From Thermoplasmatota archaeon (GTDB lineage: Archaea; Thermoplasmatota; E2; DHVEG-1; B18-G2): a stretch of DNA of 64,000 bases. A program made the position numbers and the translations under genes. This document shows positions 40,800 through 50,294 of the stretch, piece by piece. The stretch covers positions 9,454-73,453 of the forward strand of contig JAPDJO010000027.1 in assembly GCA_029259115.1 (NCBI GenBank), given 5' to 3'. Within the stretch, counting starts at the first letter, position 1; every line of letters begins with the position of its first letter. A model generated the notes under the pieces. The model did no database searches, was not told the origin of the DNA, and worked only from the letters and a program-made list of their open reading frames with translations.

Positions 40800-41202
40800 T
40801 CTTCTCCTCACCCCTCTTCTCAACTAAAGATAACAGCTCCTCAATAGGTTTTGAACCATACTTAACAATCTTCATATTTATCTGAACAATATCAGCAGAG
40901 ATTGTGTTTCCTCTAACCATCTTCTTCTTCCTTTTACCCTTTCTATCTGGGTTATAACCAACTCCTCCACTTAAAAGTAGTCTTCTTTTTCCCATTCCTG
41001 GAAAATCTGGTCTCATTGGAAATCCATCTTTATCGGTACCTCCCGTTATTTGTAATTTATATCCTGGTAAAGATACGAATATACCATCTACCTCTTCTCC
41101 TATCTTTTTGCCAATCAGTGAGTTGGCATGAGCTCCTGACACTGGTATTTGGTAGGATTTTCCGTTTTTTACATCGTTCACTACAACCTTGAACTCGACC
41201 AT
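40780..41202 (-). CDS. rps6e: 30S ribosomal protein S6e
   Basis: [30 protein letters not shown]...IVQIN. Confidence 0.97.
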   Translation of the reverse strand: MVEFKVVVNDVKNGKSYQIPVSGAHANSLIGKKIGEEVDGIFVSLPGYKLQITGGTDKDGFPMRPDFPGMGKRRLLLSGGVGYNPDRKGKRKKKMVRGNTISADIVQINMKIVKYGSKPIEELLSLVEKRGEEKSEQTSS

Positions 41203-41356
41203 TCCATCACCTTTAGGTTTTGATGTAATAAGCTAATGTTTTAATAAATTTCTCTTGAATGGGTTATATCATAGAGTTTTTCGAAGATTTTTGAACAAAA
41301 AGAAATGTTTAAATAATGTTAAATTATCGTGCTCTGCTCAAGCATGGGGTGAGGAG

Positions 41357-41500
41357 ATGGCTGAGTTTCTGTGGTATTGGGAGAGGGGAAATATCAGAGT
41401 ATATACCAAAAACAAAAACTTGGCTGAAGAAGCTATGAGAAAAGGCTTTTTGATTTTTGGTAAAAGAGTAAAACCAAAGGTTTTCTTTGGCAGAAAATAG
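41357..41500 (+). CDS. small hypothetical protein (47 aa)
   Basis: Strong GGGGTGAGGAG SD before ATG 41357. MAEFLWYWERGNIRVYTK... Confidence 0.6.
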   Translation: MAEFLWYWERGNIRVYTKNKNLAEEAMRKGFLIFGKRVKPKVFFGRK

Positions 41501-41541
41501 CATCGGAACATTTTTACACTTAATTATATTACCCTACCTGA

Positions 41542-42168
41542 ATGGACATATATGACTATAAGAATCTGTTGAAAAGAGTGCATGAAGACGAGAGTTTGAA
41601 AAGACTGGAAGATACAGAAAGGTTCACTGTGCCAAAAGTTGACGTCATATATGAAGGAAGGACCACTATCCTAAGAAATTTTGAAAAGATATTGTCAGCC
41701 CTAAACAGAGATGCTGATCATCTTTTGAAATTTTTCTTGAAGGAACTTGGTACAGCCGGAGAAAAAGATGGCACAAGAGCAATATTCCAAGGTAAGATAC
41801 CTGCACAGCAGATACAGAATAAACTTGAGGAGTATGTAGAAACTTTTGTTTTATGCCAGGAGTGCGGAAGGCCTGATACGCAGCTAATAAAGAAGGACAG
41901 ACTGCTACTTCTGAGATGCGATGCATGTGGGGCTGTCAGAAGTGTCACAACCAGAAAGAAGAAAGGTATTTTAGAAAAGAGTGGAGAAATTCTTGAGGAA
42001 GGGAAGATATACGAAGTAACGATAAGCGATATAGGCAAAAAAGGAGATGGCGTTGCTCACTATGGAAAGTACACAATTTACATACCTTATGCTGTAAAGG
42101 GGGCAAAAGTTAAGGTTAGGATAGAGAAGATATCTGGAACTCTGGCTTTTGCGAAATTAGTTCAATAA
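41542..42168 (+). CDS. eif2b: translation initiation factor aIF2 beta with C-terminal TRAM domain
   Basis: TILRNF, KELGTAG, CQECGRPDT, CDACGA, then DIGKKGDGVA TRAM domain. Confidence 0.96.
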   Translation: MDIYDYKNLLKRVHEDESLKRLEDTERFTVPKVDVIYEGRTTILRNFEKILSALNRDADHLLKFFLKELGTAGEKDGTRAIFQGKIPAQQIQNKLEEYVETFVLCQECGRPDTQLIKKDRLLLLRCDACGAVRSVTTRKKKGILEKSGEILEEGKIYEVTISDIGKKGDGVAHYGKYTIYIPYAVKGAKVKVRIEKISGTLAFAKLVQ

Positions 42169-42232
42169 ACTTTTCAAATAAAATCGAAAGATATTTAAAT
42201 CCAGTTGTGTATTCAAGTCTACATTTGTCTGA

Positions 42233-42292
42233 CAAAAGATGACGTTTGTCCTAAAAAAGCATGACACTCGTTGGACAAACGTCATCTGTTTG
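42233..42292 (+). promoter_or_regulatory. long inverted repeat in the cdrS-ftsZ leader
   Basis: AGATGACGTTTGTCC (42237-42251) and GGACAAACGTCATCT (42273-42287) form perfect 15-bp arms. Confidence 0.75.
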
Positions 42293-42313
42293 GAGGACAG
42301 GTGAGGAGAGAAA

Positions 42314-42541
42314 ATGGAGACCGTCCGCATAACCGTCCGCCTTCCCCTGCACCTTGTTAATGCAATAGATGCCCTAACAGGGATAGGCGCATACACAACA
42401 AGATCTGAGGTTGTTAGACATGCGTTAGTAGATTTCATCGACAAACACTCAGAGGAAATCAAGCAGATGGTTGAGAAGATAAAGAAGGTGCAGGAAATAA
42501 AAGCGGCGGTTTCCGAAGTAGAAGAATACGCAAAAAAGTAG
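42314..42541 (+). CDS. cdrS: ribbon-helix-helix cell division regulator, CdrS-like
   Basis: VRITVRLP...IDAL...G.Y.TRSEVVRHAL, directly upstream of ftsZ. Confidence 0.8.
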   Translation: METVRITVRLPLHLVNAIDALTGIGAYTTRSEVVRHALVDFIDKHSEEIKQMVEKIKKVQEIKAAVSEVEEYAKK

Positions 42542-42622
42542 AATTACCCGCTAGGAGGGATGGGATGCCCGAAGGGTGCTTCCAAGGCACCCTTCACCAA
42601 CTACCAGGAGGGGTTAAAAAGT

Positions 42623-43717
42623 ATGGTTGGAGAAGGTATGAGTCAATCTTTGATTGAAAATGCCATAGCCCACATGAAGCAAGAGAAGACAAAAATTGAA
42701 GGAAGAGGAGACCTATTTGGTGAACCGCAAATAGTTATCGTAGGTTGCGGCGGCGCCGGAGGGAATACCATAACTAGGTTGCACAGACTTGGAGTGAAAG
42801 GCGCAAGAACCATAGCAATAAACACAGATAAACAAGATCTAGATCTGGTAGATGCGGATGAAAAGCTTCTGATAGGTAAGAGCATAACAAGAGGATTGGG
42901 AGCTGGAGGATATCCTGAGGTCGGAGAGAGATGTGCAAGAGAATCATCTAGAGAAATAGAAGAACTTCTACAGGGAGCTGATCTCGTATTCATAACCGCT
43001 GGTATGGGAGGAGGTACGGGAACGGGAGCATCTCCTGTTGTGGCTGAGATAGCAAAGAAGCAGAATGCAATAGTTGTCGGTATGGTTTCTACACCTTTCA
43101 ATGTCGAGAGAGCTAGATTAGTCAAAGCTGATGAAGGGTTGGACAAATTAAGGAAAAAGGCAGATAGTGTTGTTGTTCTGGACAATAATAGATTATTGGA
43201 ATTCGTTCCCAATCTTCCAATAGATCAGGCTTTCTCTGTTATGGATCAGCTTATAGCTGAGACGGTAAAAGGAATAACAGAGACAATAACCCTTCCATCT
43301 CTAATAAATCTAGACTATGCAGACATGAGAACAATAATGGAATCTGGAGGTTTATCAGTAATGCTCTGGGGAGAAGCTGATATGGATGCAGGCGTAGATG
43401 CTGTTGTGAAGGAAGCTCTGAATCATCCTCTACTCAACGTAGATTACACTGGAGCAAACGGAGCTTTGATACACATAACTGGAGGACCAAACATGACATT
43501 GAAATATGTGCAAGAAGTGGCAGAGAAACTTACGGCTGATTTAGATACTCATGCAAATGTCATACTAGGAGCTAGGGTTCTGCCAGAGTTTGAGAACAAA
43601 TGCAGGGTAATGGCAATAATGACCGGTGTACAATCTCCAAACATCCTCGGTCCATCTGTAGATGCACAACCCAGAGTGATCTCAGATAAGAAGCTCAATA
43701 TAGACTTTATCCGCTAA
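42623..43717 (+). CDS. ftsZ: cell division protein FtsZ (FtsZ2-type by context)
   Basis: [30 protein letters not shown]. Start refined using GGAGGGG SD. Confidence 0.96.
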   Translation: MVGEGMSQSLIENAIAHMKQEKTKIEGRGDLFGEPQIVIVGCGGAGGNTITRLHRLGVKGARTIAINTDKQDLDLVDADEKLLIGKSITRGLGAGGYPEVGERCARESSREIEELLQGADLVFITAGMGGGTGTGASPVVAEIAKKQNAIVVGMVSTPFNVERARLVKADEGLDKLRKKADSVVVLDNNRLLEFVPNLPIDQAFSVMDQLIAETVKGITETITLPSLINLDYADMRTIMESGGLSVMLWGEADMDAGVDAVVKEALNHPLLNVDYTGANGALIHITGGPNMTLKYVQEVAEKLTADLDTHANVILGARVLPEFENKCRVMAIMTGVQSPNILGPSVDAQPRVISDKKLNIDFIR

Positions 43718-44379
43718 CCCTCTCTCTTTATTTTTGTTCCGATAAAATCTTCTTTTAGTAGAGCTCTTTTTAAATTATCGAGTTTTTTCCCATTCACCAC
43801 TATAATATCATATCTAGATCTTTTTGCAATCTTTAGAGCTGGACCATCTATTGCAACGCTTTCCCCAGCTCTTTTCCATTCTGTTCCACACATCTCGATT
43901 AACTTATCTATGCTTATCTCTCTGAAAAGTTTAGCATCCTGGTATTTCTTCGGATCTTTATCATAGATACCGTCGACATCTGTGGCTATAACTAATAGAT
44001 CTGCATCTATCTTCTCTGCAAGCTCTGCAGCAACAGCATCTGTACTATGACCAGGTGTAGTACCTCCCATAACAACTATTTTGGATTTTACATTTCTAGC
44101 TTCATCAGTTGTTTTTGGTATCTCTCTGTTAGCTTTCAAGATATGTGATATGAGTCTTGCATTCAGCCTAGTTGCCTCTATACCTATCTCATCAAGCTCT
44201 TCCTCACTAAGGTTCATCTCTCTACCAAACCTTATATACTCTCTAGCGACACGCCCGCCGCCGACGACTATGAACAATCTATGTTCCTTTGATATTTCCT
44301 CTATCATCCTTTTAAACTTTTGAAAGTAATCTTTGTCAAAATCTATCAGCGAACCACCAAATGCTATGACTACATTCAT
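43714..44379 (-). CDS. pyrH: uridylate kinase
   Basis: [42 protein letters not shown]. Confidence 0.95.
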   Translation of the reverse strand: MNVVIAFGGSLIDFDKDYFQKFKRMIEEISKEHRLFIVVGGGRVAREYIRFGREMNLSEEELDEIGIEATRLNARLISHILKANREIPKTTDEARNVKSKIVVMGGTTPGHSTDAVAAELAEKIDADLLVIATDVDGIYDKDPKKYQDAKLFREISIDKLIEMCGTEWKRAGESVAIDGPALKIAKRSRYDIIVVNGKKLDNLKRALLKEDFIGTKIKREG

Positions 44380-44388
44380 ATTATCTCC

Positions 44389-44808
44389 TCACGCGATTTC
44401 TGGTCCCTCTCTCTTTGGTGGTTTTCCTATCTTTATTTGTGGAAGAGGAATAGGTGGAGGTAGATTAAGATCTCGAGCTATGAATACTGCCTCGGTTAGG
44501 CAAGCATGTATTATTGCATTATGCACAGTCGTAGCGACATTGTCCGGCATCTTTCTGGATGTCTTCCATGCGTCTACCAAGTCTTTGATGTTTTTATCTT
44601 CAAATATTAAGTTTCCTTCCATTCTTATTATACCAACAGATCCATAGTTTGCCGCATATTGAAACTCTATGTTTGAGGTGTTTTCGTCATTTAGAGAGAT
44701 ATTTACCACTGTAACGTTGTGATCTATCCTGAGGGGTCTAGGAATCTGATTTGGCTCCGTATATCTCCTTGCCTCTATAGATCTCAATCTTATCGTCCTT
44801 ACGGGCAT
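44389..44808 (-). CDS. conserved archaeal hypothetical protein, possibly SecB-like fold
   Basis: Beta-rich N-part, helix, LNLPPPIPLP tail. Confidence 0.6.
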   Translation of the reverse strand: MPVRTIRLRSIEARRYTEPNQIPRPLRIDHNVTVVNISLNDENTSNIEFQYAANYGSVGIIRMEGNLIFEDKNIKDLVDAWKTSRKMPDNVATTVHNAIIHACLTEAVFIARDLNLPPPIPLPQIKIGKPPKREGPEIA

Positions 44809-44890
44809 GCCAGCTTAAATGATTTTACAGGTTTTTAACTCTTTACAGAAAAATAGATAAAGAGAGTTTCAATAAAAGCTTTGGAGAGAC

Positions 44891-45625
44891 ATGAGGTCTA
44901 TAGTGTTTGTAGGAATATTGACATTCATATTGCTGCTGACCTTTCAGAGCTACGCTTTAGAGATAAAGAGCTATGATATATCTATAGAACGGGAGAATAA
45001 TGGCTATAGAGTTAGCGAGCAAGTATCTATTGAAAAAGACAATGATACAAACATTCTTATCTGGTTGCAAAAAGAGGCAAAAGATATAGACATAAAGATA
45101 AACGGAAGCAAGGCAAACTTCTCTGCATCAGGAACCCTTTACATTATTAATCTCACAAACTCTAAAGAGTTAGAGATTTCCGTAAATTATAATCTTCCCG
45201 GATCTACAGGGAAATTTATAAAGCAGGTGTTGTACAAGTGTAAAGAATTCTCCGCAAAGCTTGATGGCGAAATAGTCTATCAAGGTATGAATCTCAGTGA
45301 AGGAAACTACATATCGTTCTCGATAAAAGAAAAGATTATAGAGAAAGAGAACTACTACATGTATACGACTCTGATTCTACTCTTGATATTAATAATAGTC
45401 TTTGCGTACTCCGTTAAAGGTAAGAAGAGGAAAGAGAAAGAACTCTCAGCATCTCCTGAATTGTTAAGAGCTAAAAAAGATCTGCTTATGAATGCCCTGA
45501 AAGAGATTGAAAAGAGATACAGAGCAAAAGAGTTGAGTGAAGAAATTTACAGTAAGTTAAAAGAAGATTTCAAGAGAGAGGCTGTCAACGTTGTAAGGAG
45601 ACTAGAGGAGATTGAAAAGGATTAA
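44891..45625 (+). CDS. single-pass membrane protein with extracellular domain and cytoplasmic coiled coil
   Basis: Signal peptide, TM near residue 165, LLRAKKDLL...Y..LK helical tail. Confidence 0.65.
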   Translation: MRSIVFVGILTFILLLTFQSYALEIKSYDISIERENNGYRVSEQVSIEKDNDTNILIWLQKEAKDIDIKINGSKANFSASGTLYIINLTNSKELEISVNYNLPGSTGKFIKQVLYKCKEFSAKLDGEIVYQGMNLSEGNYISFSIKEKIIEKENYYMYTTLILLLILIIVFAYSVKGKKRKEKELSASPELLRAKKDLLMNALKEIEKRYRAKELSEEIYSKLKEDFKREAVNVVRRLEEIEKD

Positions 45626-47004
45626 AATAAGCTCTTCTGCTCTATTTTTCTCTCCTTCTGCATCTCCCCTTCCTTCTTTTCTTCAGCTTTATAAAGCTTC
45701 TCCACAACGGTTTCATCTTGAAGTATATAAAGCATCTCTTCTTTGCTCAAATCTAGCACAAACATCAAACTTCTGGCAAGATTTTCGTCTTTTCTCATCA
45801 TTTTACAAATCATGTCGAAAAACTCATTTGCTTTCCTTTTGGAACAGTGAATGAATTTTGATATCTTTCCAAGAATGCTACTTCTCAGATCCCTACTTTC
45901 TTTGCTAGACTTCATCTCTATAAGCCATGATGGAAAATTGTATCTCGGCTGAACTGGGTAAAACCTCCTTTTAGCAACTGCAACGCCGCCTGCCATAAGA
46001 TCTTGAGCGTATCCCCAGAGTACAAATGATCTAGTTCTTCTCGCTCGACCAAGAAAAACATCAGCCCTTGATAAATTCTCGTAAGCATTTGCCAAATCGC
46101 TTGCATCTAAATACTCATATGGAACATTCTCAGCGATCCATAAGATCAGACTTTCTGGATCCTCATCCGAGCTTTGTATGGATCTATGTATGCTGGAGAT
46201 ATTTCTGGTTTTGAATATTTCTCTTAGCACATCAAAGATGTTTTGCTCCCTATCTCTGTAGCCCAAAATTCTTAGCATCTCTTTACTGATGTTTTTTCTT
46301 CCGGCAGATATTACCTGGAGATCTCTCACTGCTGACCTTATATCTCCTCTGCACCTCTCTGCTATATAAACTAAAACCTCACTATCAACATTTAATCCCT
46401 CAGATCTAGATATTCTCCTGAGATAATTAACTATCTCTCCAATCTTTATTTTCCTTTCATCAAATCTTATTATCTCGCATAGGGTTCTGAGGGGTTCGCC
46501 TCCACCTTTTAAAAGTTCATAGATATCATTGACAATCAGTATTATGGGTTGCTTTGTCTCTTTTATGGTATCAACTATAGCTCTCTTTCCCCCTTTATCC
46601 AAAAGATTACCAGAAGTATCTTCGCTTGATCTTCTCTCATAAAGATTATCCGCCTCATCCAAGATTATGAGTTTTCTTCTACCCCTTGTTGATTTTAGAA
46701 ATTCTCCAGAATCTGAAAAGGTTTCATGGATAGCTCCATGGGTTGCTATCTTTCTTATATTCTCAGCATTCCTGACATCTGATGCATTCATCTCTACAAC
46801 TACCCATCCAAAATCGTTTGCTAGAGCCAGAGCTGCACTTGTTTTCCCTATGCCTGGTCTACCTGCTAGGATTACAGCTCTTTTGAGAGGTATTACTCCT
46901 TTATCCCATTCTTCTGCCCACTTTCTTAATCTAGATTTTGCCTGCTCATTACCTACGACTTCATCGAGGGTTTTTGGTCTGTATTTCTCTGTCCAGTCTA
47001 GCAT
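45622..47004 (-). CDS. rfcL: replication factor C large subunit
   Basis: WTEKYRP, GRPGIGKTS, EMNASD, ILDEAD, GDIRSA, C-terminal PIP box QKSLF. Confidence 0.96.
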   Translation of the reverse strand: MLDWTEKYRPKTLDEVVGNEQAKSRLRKWAEEWDKGVIPLKRAVILAGRPGIGKTSAALALANDFGWVVVEMNASDVRNAENIRKIATHGAIHETFSDSGEFLKSTRGRRKLIILDEADNLYERRSSEDTSGNLLDKGGKRAIVDTIKETKQPIILIVNDIYELLKGGGEPLRTLCEIIRFDERKIKIGEIVNYLRRISRSEGLNVDSEVLVYIAERCRGDIRSAVRDLQVISAGRKNISKEMLRILGYRDREQNIFDVLREIFKTRNISSIHRSIQSSDEDPESLILWIAENVPYEYLDASDLANAYENLSRADVFLGRARRTRSFVLWGYAQDLMAGGVAVAKRRFYPVQPRYNFPSWLIEMKSSKESRDLRSSILGKISKFIHCSKRKANEFFDMICKMMRKDENLARSLMFVLDLSKEEMLYILQDETVVEKLYKAEEKKEGEMQKERKIEQKSLF

Positions 47005-47083
47005 TCGTTTTAATCCAAGCACAAACCAACTTTTAACCTTTTTCACGATAATATTTTAAATGTCATTCCTCTTTTAAGACCAA

Positions 47084-47167
47084 GCGGGGATGGCCCAGCC
47101 AGGTACGGCGCAGGGTTGCTAACCCTGTGGGCGTATGCCCTCGTGGGTTCAAATCCCACTCCCCGCG
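47084..47167 (+). tRNA. tRNA-Ser(GCT)
   Basis: GCGGGGA acceptor stem, CAGGG-TT-GCT-AA-CCCTG anticodon arm, long variable arm GGGC-GTAT-GCCC, GGTTCAAATCC. Confidence 0.96.
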
Positions 47168-47265
47168 CTCAGAAGTAAAAGAGTTAAAATTTAGAAAGTC
47201 ATAAAAAGACTTAATATATTAATAGAAGAATTGAAAGGAACACTCCTCTATGAGGAGGGATTGGA

Positions 47266-47547
47266 TTGGTTGTGAATAGCAGGAGATCTGAGATTGAGAT
47301 TATTAGAGATATTCTCTCCTTATCTAAAGGAGGGGTAAAGAAAACACAGATTCTTTATGGAACAAATTTGAGTTACACACAGTTGCAGGAGTATCTTTCT
47401 TTCCTTATAAAATCTGGAGCTATAGAAATTGTCAACTCATCTGATACCAAAATATACAAAACAACTACCAAAGGTGTTGAGATACTCGAGGATATAAATA
47501 AGTTGATGAAGAACTTATCTACATCCTTATACACAGTAGAAGAATAA
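47266..47547 (+). CDS. winged-helix regulator (COG3432-like)
   Basis: RRSEIEIIRDIL...KKTQILYGTNLSY...YL..LI..G...YKTT.KG. Confidence 0.85.
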   Translation: MVVNSRRSEIEIIRDILSLSKGGVKKTQILYGTNLSYTQLQEYLSFLIKSGAIEIVNSSDTKIYKTTTKGVEILEDINKLMKNLSTSLYTVEE

Positions 47548-47740
47548 ACATCTATAGATCTGTTCTATATCTTTATTTCTTAATCATTAATAAGATGTGT
47601 AGGCATATGTCTTTAACGCAATTGGATTGGAGGTGGGAGGTGCCTTTTTAGAGGGCACACAACGACCCCTACTAAGTGATAACAGAGAATATGAACGTGG
47701 CCTACGGGCCAAAGATAGAAAGTTTGGAGGTGACAGAAAA

Positions 47741-48940
47741 ATGAAAACAAGTGTGTGGTTGGCAATAGCGACTTGTGCAATGATGGTAATAACAGCAATT
47801 CCTATAGCCTTAGCAAATGGATTTGACGGACCGATAAGCGAAGGTAACGAAGCCGAATACCCATATACAACATCTATTGAGACAAGTGTGAATATAGCAG
47901 GTGGCGACGATCCTAATGGAAATGAACCACCTATAATAAAATGTAAGTGGGAATACGATCTTACTGTAGATCCAGATGGATGTGAGGGCATAGTTCCAGA
48001 AGGAACCTACGTACACGATGCCGACCCTAATGAAGAAGGGCTGCAAGTTGCTCCAGTACTCGAGGGTAATGTAAAGATAGGATTTTATGCGGTAGTCACA
48101 GATCCTCAGGGAGTAAATACAATAAGTGCAGTGTATGCCGATGTATGGCATCCTGATGGTACATTTAAATATCAGATAGAATTGGAGCCAGTCGGATTTT
48201 GCGACGATATGTATGATAAACAGGTAGCTCTAAGTCTGTGGGAACACGTAACAGATGCGCATCCAGATTTAATAAAATTCAATGGATACGATGCCAATGA
48301 AATATACGATGAGTTGAACGAGGAGTTGGCATATATATACTATGGTGAAGCATACATAAGTTACTGTCAGCCTGGTGGATGGTACTATGTTGGAGTAAGA
48401 GCCGTTGATACCTATGGCGCATGGTGCGATTACCTCTACAATAAATTCTGGTATATACCAACAGCAGCAATAAGAGTGGACTTTAACAGCATAGACTATG
48501 GTACTGTTGTACTCTCCACTCCAAAGTGGGTTGGTGGAGATCAAGACATGAATACACCACAAAAACCCACGGTCAGGAATATAGGGAACACACCTGTTGA
48601 GCTCTATGTATGGCAAGATGACATGGGTTTCGGAAAAACAAACGGCGAGTGGAATGTTGAATTCGATGCCAGATTAGGTGCAGACGGAGATGTTGTAGTG
48701 TACGAACCGGAACAAACAGATGATGGAAAACTAGGTGTAAGAATACCCGGAGTATTGCCACTATGTACTACAGAGAAACTGGATTTCTCCATCCACGCAA
48801 AGAAAGGATTCCCAGATGTTGACTACAGTGGTGAAATGCATCTATATGCATACATACATGGAACACCGCCATGGGATACGCCATCAGAGTACATAGAAAC
48901 TCCACCCAATGGAGTGCCAGAGACATATGAAGGACCATAA
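47741..48940 (+). CDS. secreted acidic two-domain protein, putative major filament subunit
   Basis: GGAGGTGA SD, signal peptide, IETSVNI, PPIIK, VTDPQG..TI..V, IDYG, VRNIGN, LDFSI...G...YSGEM. No anchor. Confidence 0.6.
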   Translation: MKTSVWLAIATCAMMVITAIPIALANGFDGPISEGNEAEYPYTTSIETSVNIAGGDDPNGNEPPIIKCKWEYDLTVDPDGCEGIVPEGTYVHDADPNEEGLQVAPVLEGNVKIGFYAVVTDPQGVNTISAVYADVWHPDGTFKYQIELEPVGFCDDMYDKQVALSLWEHVTDAHPDLIKFNGYDANEIYDELNEELAYIYYGEAYISYCQPGGWYYVGVRAVDTYGAWCDYLYNKFWYIPTAAIRVDFNSIDYGTVVLSTPKWVGGDQDMNTPQKPTVRNIGNTPVELYVWQDDMGFGKTNGEWNVEFDARLGADGDVVVYEPEQTDDGKLGVRIPGVLPLCTTEKLDFSIHAKKGFPDVDYSGEMHLYAYIHGTPPWDTPSEYIETPPNGVPETYEGP

Positions 48941-48979
48941 AGTATAATAAGACACTAGGAGAAGCCTTTACCCTCACCA

Positions 48980-48992
48980 TTTTTTTATTTTT
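48980..48992 (+). terminator. oligo-T archaeal terminator
   Basis: TTTTTTTATTTTT about 40 nt after the 48940 stop. Confidence 0.55.
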
Positions 48993-49064
48993 GGTTCATT
49001 AAATGGCAAAGAATATAAGAGGAGATCAATCATTGGTCTAATGACCGTAAAAGGGGGGTTTACT

Positions 49065-50288
49065 ATGAAAATAAGATGGTTAGAGTATTTCGCTGTTCCT
49101 TTGGTGGTTCTCTTAATTATTATAACGATTGCAAAAGGAGGGGGTCTTGGAGTTGCTCCCCCCTACATAACAGTAGATGCAGTAAGAGGAGGTATATATC
49201 AAAAGACCATTATCATTTACAACCAGAACGATTATAATATTACAGTCCTACTTAATTCTACAGGAGAGACAGGAAGTTGGGTTTCGTTTTACGAGCCAGA
49301 CAATCTGAGCAGACCTATAGAGCAGACTTCTATAGAGAAAATGGATAAAAAGAACGTTATCATCAAAATAACCATTCCTGAAAGTGCATCTAATAAAATG
49401 TACGAAGGTACGATAGTCGTATCTTCTCAACCATCGGACGTTAACTTAAGTGGAAATTACACTTCAGTGAGTCTCAACCTTCCTATTATGCTATATATAA
49501 ATGTAACAGGAGAGCAGGTGTTAAATATATCAGTACTCTCAATAGACATTGACAATGTTGAAGTTGGATTTCCACTAGAGATAAAGGTTCAACTTAAGAA
49601 TACGGGAAATGTTGTAGCGACGCCACATATCAAAGCAATTTTTACTAAAGATAACATTTACATTGACAGTGTCGAGACTTTTTCGGAGCCGATACAACCA
49701 GATAGTATATACACTCATATTCTTCTGTTGAACACTACAGGTCTGCCGGCTGGAGAATATGTAGCTCACCTCAATATAACTTTAGAAGATAAAGTCGTCT
49801 ACAAAGGGAATATATCTTTCAGCTTGTTTCCCAAAGGTACCTTTACACGAAGTGGCGAGCTTATTGCTCTCGAACTAGAAGGGGAAAAGAAAAAGGAGAG
49901 TACCGTAAAAATATCTGCCATTTTCAAAAACACCGGCGAGGTAGATACTCCAGCAAAATTTGTTGGAGAGATATACATAGATGATAAGTTGACAGATGCT
50001 ATCGAAAGTGATGAGGTAATTGTGCCAAAACATTCTCAAGAAACATTGAATGCATACTATAAGATTCCACACCATGGAGAGTACATTGTGAAGGGTTATG
50101 TATTGTATGGAGGGAAAAAAACGGAAACTAAGGAGTTGAGATTCACTGTTGGAGAGACTAGATGGCTACCTAATAACCCAATCCTTTATATTTTGGGTAC
50201 GATTTCGATGATTATTGCTGTTCCTATTATTTACACGTCATGGAAAAAAGGATATCTGAAAATCTCAAAGAACAAAAACAGAAAGTGA
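49065..50288 (+). CDS. membrane-anchored three-Ig protein resembling DUF916/DUF3324 (WxL-interacting) or PapD-like chaperones
   Basis: GLGVAP, IIIYNQ, ITIP..A....YEGTI, KNTGNV, FKNTGEV. C-terminal TM plus basic tail. Confidence 0.55.
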   Translation: MKIRWLEYFAVPLVVLLIIITIAKGGGLGVAPPYITVDAVRGGIYQKTIIIYNQNDYNITVLLNSTGETGSWVSFYEPDNLSRPIEQTSIEKMDKKNVIIKITIPESASNKMYEGTIVVSSQPSDVNLSGNYTSVSLNLPIMLYINVTGEQVLNISVLSIDIDNVEVGFPLEIKVQLKNTGNVVATPHIKAIFTKDNIYIDSVETFSEPIQPDSIYTHILLLNTTGLPAGEYVAHLNITLEDKVVYKGNISFSLFPKGTFTRSGELIALELEGEKKKESTVKISAIFKNTGEVDTPAKFVGEIYIDDKLTDAIESDEVIVPKHSQETLNAYYKIPHHGEYIVKGYVLYGGKKTETKELRFTVGETRWLPNNPILYILGTISMIIAVPIIYTSWKKGYLKISKNKNRK

Positions 50289-50294
50289 GTCCAC

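Noticed and set aside
32867-45625. Repeated 4-nt overlaps of convergent stop codons
   Set aside because: Common in compact archaeal genomes.
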